Part shown: positions 60,758 through 64,000 of the stretch, in pieces
How the letters are laid out: the number at the start of each line of letters is the position of its first letter
How positions within the stretch are numbered: the stretch's first letter is position 1
DNA from: Verrucomicrobiia bacterium
GTDB taxonomy: Bacteria > Verrucomicrobiota > Verrucomicrobiia > Limisphaerales > UBA1319
DNA: 64,000 nucleotides
Direction: 5' to 3'
Assembly (NCBI GenBank): GCA_963664225.1
Contig: OY760937.1
Span: 4,416,001-4,480,000, forward strand
Notes under the pieces: model-generated
What the model was told of the DNA's origin: nothing
The model's database searches: none
Seen by the model: the letters and a program-made list of their open reading frames with translations, nothing else
Translations under genes and position numbers: made by a program

Positions 60758-61569
60758 ATCTCCTGATCGTTGACGACATTGCCACCAACCGGAAACTCCT
60801 GCGCGTAACGCTCGAGGTGGTGGGTCACACCACGTTTGAAGCCGCCGATGGCCTCGAAGCCTTGCAAATCCTCTCCCGCGAAACGGTGGACGCCGTCATC
60901 TCGGACATCTTCATGCCGAACATGGACGGCTTCCGGCTCTGCTACGAGATTCGGAGGAGCAAGCGGCTCCACGCCCTTCCATACATCATTTACACCAGCA
61001 CCTATACTTCACCCGGCGACATGAAGCTGGCGAAGACTGTGGGCGCGGATAAATATCTAACCAAACCCGCATCAACTGCAGACGTGCTCGAGGCGCTGCG
61101 GGAGGTGATGCATAAAAAGAATACGCGCCCAGCGCCACCCGCGCGCGCCGTGGCGGAAACCTACGTCCTCGAGCAATACAGCCAGACGCTAGTTTGCAAG
61201 CTGGAGGAAAAGAACACCGATCTCAAAGACGCGCTGGACAAGCTTCAACGCGCGCACTCACGCATCGTGGATTTAAATTCCGATCTGGAGCGCCGCGTCC
61301 GGGAGCGCACTACGGAGCTTGAAGCAGCCAACTGGAATCTGTCCTGCACCCTCTCAAAAGTGAAGCAATTGAATGCGTTGCTGCCCATCTGCAGCTATTG
61401 CAAAAAAATCCGTGATGACAAAAATTACTGGCAATCCGTCGAGGGCTACCTCAGCCAGCACACCGACGCGCAGTTCACTCACGGCATCTGCCCGGATTGC
61501 TATGAGAAGGTCATCGAATCCGAATTGGAATCATGTCTTTCCGATGTCATCGGACGGGAGAGCTGCTAA
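60754..61569 (+). CDS. Response regulator with coiled coil and C-terminal Cys-rich (ICxxC...HGICPxC) domain
   Basis: REC highly similar to 57132-57610; LLPICSYCKKIRDD..YW...FTHGICPDC. Confidence 0.9.
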   Translation: MNLLIVDDIATNRKLLRVTLEVVGHTTFEAADGLEALQILSRETVDAVISDIFMPNMDGFRLCYEIRRSKRLHALPYIIYTSTYTSPGDMKLAKTVGADKYLTKPASTADVLEALREVMHKKNTRPAPPARAVAETYVLEQYSQTLVCKLEEKNTDLKDALDKLQRAHSRIVDLNSDLERRVRERTTELEAANWNLSCTLSKVKQLNALLPICSYCKKIRDDKNYWQSVEGYLSQHTDAQFTHGICPDCYEKVIESELESCLSDVIGRESC

Positions 61570-61584
61570 CTCGCCGGCAATCCC

Positions 61585-61660
61585 ATGAACATCCTCCTCG
61601 TTTACGACATAGCCCCCCTCTGGAGACCACGCCTGCTCAGGCGCGAACCGGGGCAGTCGC
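61585..61660 (+). pseudogene. Short relic of a third receiver-gene 5' end
   Basis: atgaacatcctcctcgtttacgacatagcc vs atgaacatcctcatcgttgacgacattgcc at 57144. Confidence 0.5.
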
Positions 61661-61699
61661 TTCGCGATAATCCGCGAGCCGCGCGGCCATCACGGGGGA

Positions 61700-62215
61700 T
61701 CAAAGAGGCTTCGCATCCCCGAGGAAGTCAGGCCAGTCGGTGGCGGAGGCGAGAAGGCGGACAATGCTTTCGAGCCCCGCGCGGTCCTTGTCGCCAAATC
61801 GGGCCAGGCGCGGTGAGTCCAGGTCGAGGACTCCTATCTGGCGACCAGGAATTTCGATGGGCACCACGATCTCGCTGGCTGATGCGGTGTCGCATGCGAT
61901 ATGGCCGGGGAATTGATGTACATCGGGCACCACGATGGTGGCATACCGCGCCGCGGCTGTGCCGCAGACGCCACGTCCACGCGCGATCCGGGTGCATGCG
62001 GGTTTGCCTTGAAATGGCCCCAAAACCAATTGGCCGTCGCGCCAGAGATAGAACCCCACCCAGTTGAGGTCCGTGAGCCGTTGGTTCAGGAAGGCGGAGG
62101 TATTCGCGAGGTTCACGAGCCAGTCGCGCTCCGAAGTCAACAAGCCGGCCAGTTCAACCAACCAGGAGGCGTAGTCGGCCTCCTGTTCAGGATTCAACGT
62201 TTTCGGATTCGGCAT
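61700..62215 (-). CDS. msrC: GAF-domain protein, free methionine-R-sulfoxide reductase-like
   Basis: NLANTSA, NWVGFY, LGPFQGKPAC, GRGVCG, FPGHIACD, SEIVVP, LDLDS. Confidence 0.88.
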   Translation of the reverse strand: MPNPKTLNPEQEADYASWLVELAGLLTSERDWLVNLANTSAFLNQRLTDLNWVGFYLWRDGQLVLGPFQGKPACTRIARGRGVCGTAAARYATIVVPDVHQFPGHIACDTASASEIVVPIEIPGRQIGVLDLDSPRLARFGDKDRAGLESIVRLLASATDWPDFLGDAKPL

Positions 62216-62217
62216 TT

Positions 62218-63165
62218 TTAGGAGATTTTCGCCCGCAGAGCCTTCCATGCCGCGAGACAACGTTGCGCAGACTCGAATTCCGAAAAGCGGCTCCCTTCCT
62301 GTTCCATCAAATACACTTCAACGCCACCCGTCGTTTCGAGCGCCTGTATGATTTCCTTCCACGGCGAGATGCCTTCGCCAAAGAGAACCCGATAGCCCTT
62401 CTGATCCTCCTCCTTGCCCGGGGCCCAATCCTTGAGATGAACGACTTTGATCCGTCCCGGATTCGCCTTGATCCAGGCGACGGGATCCTGACCCGCTTCC
62501 ATGCAGGTGCCGACATCGAACTGGAGCACGAATTCCTTGGGCGTGTTGGCGGCAAGAACGTCCAGGATGCGCAAGTCGCCATCGATCTTCGCCCATTCGG
62601 CCTGATGGTTATGGAAACCGGCGGTCAGACCATGCGGCTTGAGCTGTTCCGTGGCCTGGGTGAGCTGGCCGCACAACTTTTTCCAACCATCCAGCCCCTG
62701 GGTTCCGCCCGGAGCGCTGGCCAGAATGAGATAACGCGTGCCGAGAATCTGGTTGATCTCAATGGCCTTCGTCATCGACTCGCCCGGCAGGAACGACTCC
62801 ACCGGATTATGGGTTGAGTAACAGCGGAGCCCGCAATCCTCCGTAATGGTGCGCACCTCTTTGGCGTAGGGAATCGTCCAATTCACATAGGGCGCGTAGA
62901 ACTCCACCGATTCGTAACCCATCCCGGCAACGGTGCGCAGGGTGTTGGGAAGATCGCGGGCGAGCTCGGTCCGCACGGCGTAAAGTTCCAATCCGATCGA
63001 CAGTTTTTTCATGGTTTTACCTGGAGAATTTGGCGGCGTTGTGTTGTCAGCGGCGAGGGCGGCAAGCGCGGTTCCCGTGGTGGCGTGCGCGGCGATGACC
63101 GAAGCCGCGGCTCCAGAGACAGTGAGGAAACCCCGGCGGGAAAGGTGTTGAGTATTGCTTTTCAT
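62218..63165 (-). CDS. Tat-exported sugar phosphate isomerase/epimerase (TIM barrel)
   Basis: Tat motif SRRGFL; GLELYAVR, GYESVEF, FHNH, QFDVG, VHLKD, MEQE. Confidence 0.88.
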   Translation of the reverse strand: MKSNTQHLSRRGFLTVSGAAASVIAAHATTGTALAALAADNTTPPNSPGKTMKKLSIGLELYAVRTELARDLPNTLRTVAGMGYESVEFYAPYVNWTIPYAKEVRTITEDCGLRCYSTHNPVESFLPGESMTKAIEINQILGTRYLILASAPGGTQGLDGWKKLCGQLTQATEQLKPHGLTAGFHNHQAEWAKIDGDLRILDVLAANTPKEFVLQFDVGTCMEAGQDPVAWIKANPGRIKVVHLKDWAPGKEEDQKGYRVLFGEGISPWKEIIQALETTGGVEVYLMEQEGSRFSEFESAQRCLAAWKALRAKIS

Positions 63166-63470
63166 AAGTAACCGGTTCGATGAGGCCATATTGACCGATT
63201 CACGGCTTGGAATAAAGGCTAATCCATCATGCAGGGAAAAACAAAACGCATGGAGCAGGCAAGGCATCTGGATGCACTGGATGAACAGGATGGGGACTGG
63301 CCTGCAAAACAGGGAACCATTGATGAATTGGGTGCATGACAAAATTCTTCGCCAAGCGAAAAAGTCCTTATAAAGGGCATGTGAGTATATACGAAACGAA
63401 TGCAGCAAGAGTTTCGGGAATGGCCGGGGGCGATTGAGGGTCCGGCAAAAGTCAGATATGAAAGGACGAC

Positions 63471-63676
63471 CGCCCTCATCCCCACCTTCTCCCCCAGGAG
63501 AAGGAGGAGTATTGCGAGCCCTGGATTTTTTGCACGCTTTAGGAGCTGCCACCGCGCCGGACTTAATGCTCCACACCGCCGACTGGCGTTCTGGCTGGGT
63601 TCATACGGTTTAGGCTTTTAGCAGATTCCTGAATTTTGTCCTGCACCCTTTGCGACGGGTGCAGGACAAAATTCAG
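63471..63676 (+). repeat. Diverged third copy of the 3' part of repeat A ending in a perfect 20-bp inverted repeat
   Basis: CGCCCTCATCCC..CCTTCTCCCCCAGGAGAAGGAGGAGTATTGCGAGCC...; CTGAATTTTGTCCTGCACCC-N8-GGGTGCAGGACAAAATTCAG at 63629-63676. Confidence 0.88.
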
Positions 63677-63767
63677 CAGGTGGAAAAAGCGGCCCGCTTG
63701 CTCCCGTCCAGGAGGCACCGCGCGTATTGAGCGCTGCGCGGGTGTAGGGCTAAATGTTGATCGAAGA

Positions 63768-63998
63768 TCAGTGTTTAATTCGCTGCGAGGGAGTTCGATT
63801 GATTCGTCCTTGCCTCTGGTCCTGAGTTAAATTGAGATACTTGATGAGCGCCTCCAAATTGGTTCCACATTCAAAGGCGCGCAAGTTGTGGACAGGGCTG
63901 TGAGCATCCCAGTATTGCTGGCCGCCTTTTGGGCCGTAGCTTAAACCATCGCTTGTATAGGATTCTGACCAGGTGCCCCAGCAGCCGACTGGGCCGCC
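63768..63998 (-). CDS. Possible 3' end of a hypothetical protein running off the window
   Basis: Minus-strand frame open from the window end (GGPVGCWGTWSESY...RIKH*) to TGA at 63768-63770; no motif recognised. Confidence 0.4.
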   Translation of the reverse strand, partial: GGPVGCWGTWSESYTSDGLSYGPKGGQQYWDAHSPVHNLRAFECGTNLEALIKYLNLTQDQRQGRINRTPSQRIKH

Positions 63999-64000
63999 AA

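Overview
GC-rich bacterial chromosomal window. The PEP-CTERM protein, LamG-Ig surface protein, C-terminal 'FYR' modules and REP-like repeats suggest Verrucomicrobiota (inference). Housekeeping and metabolic content: modABC, moaD-moaE-moeA-moaC-mog-moaA, hypD-hypE, a divergent DHPS-like protein, two tandem thymidylate-kinase-like genes plus a ROK kinase, proC, a TatT/DctP pair, stand-alone trpB, initiator tRNA-Met, a sugar porter, GH16/GH2/GH-like CAZymes, msrC-like GAF protein and a Tat-exported TIM-barrel protein. Accessory content: (i) a tnpA-only IS200/IS605 element whose HUH motif is mutated; (ii) a defence locus at 23.26-30.36 kb with an apparently 'empty' and a 'filled' copy of one repeat-bounded unit (cargo: a type IIG R-M gene), a 4 x ~236-bp palindromic ABAB array, and hipBA with three palindromic operators; (iii) a ~1800-aa (LamG-Ig)4-cohesin-dockerin-cohesin protein; (iv) a partly duplicated two-component cluster around a DUF3494 ice-binding-like gene; (v) recurrent 7-, 9- and 10-bp-period short tandem motifs in intergenic gaps. 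Best leads: the repeat-bounded R-M cassette, the self-complementary cohesin/dockerin protein, a circularly permuted malectin domain, and the Tmk-like pair. All calls rest on motif recognition by eye; no searches were run.
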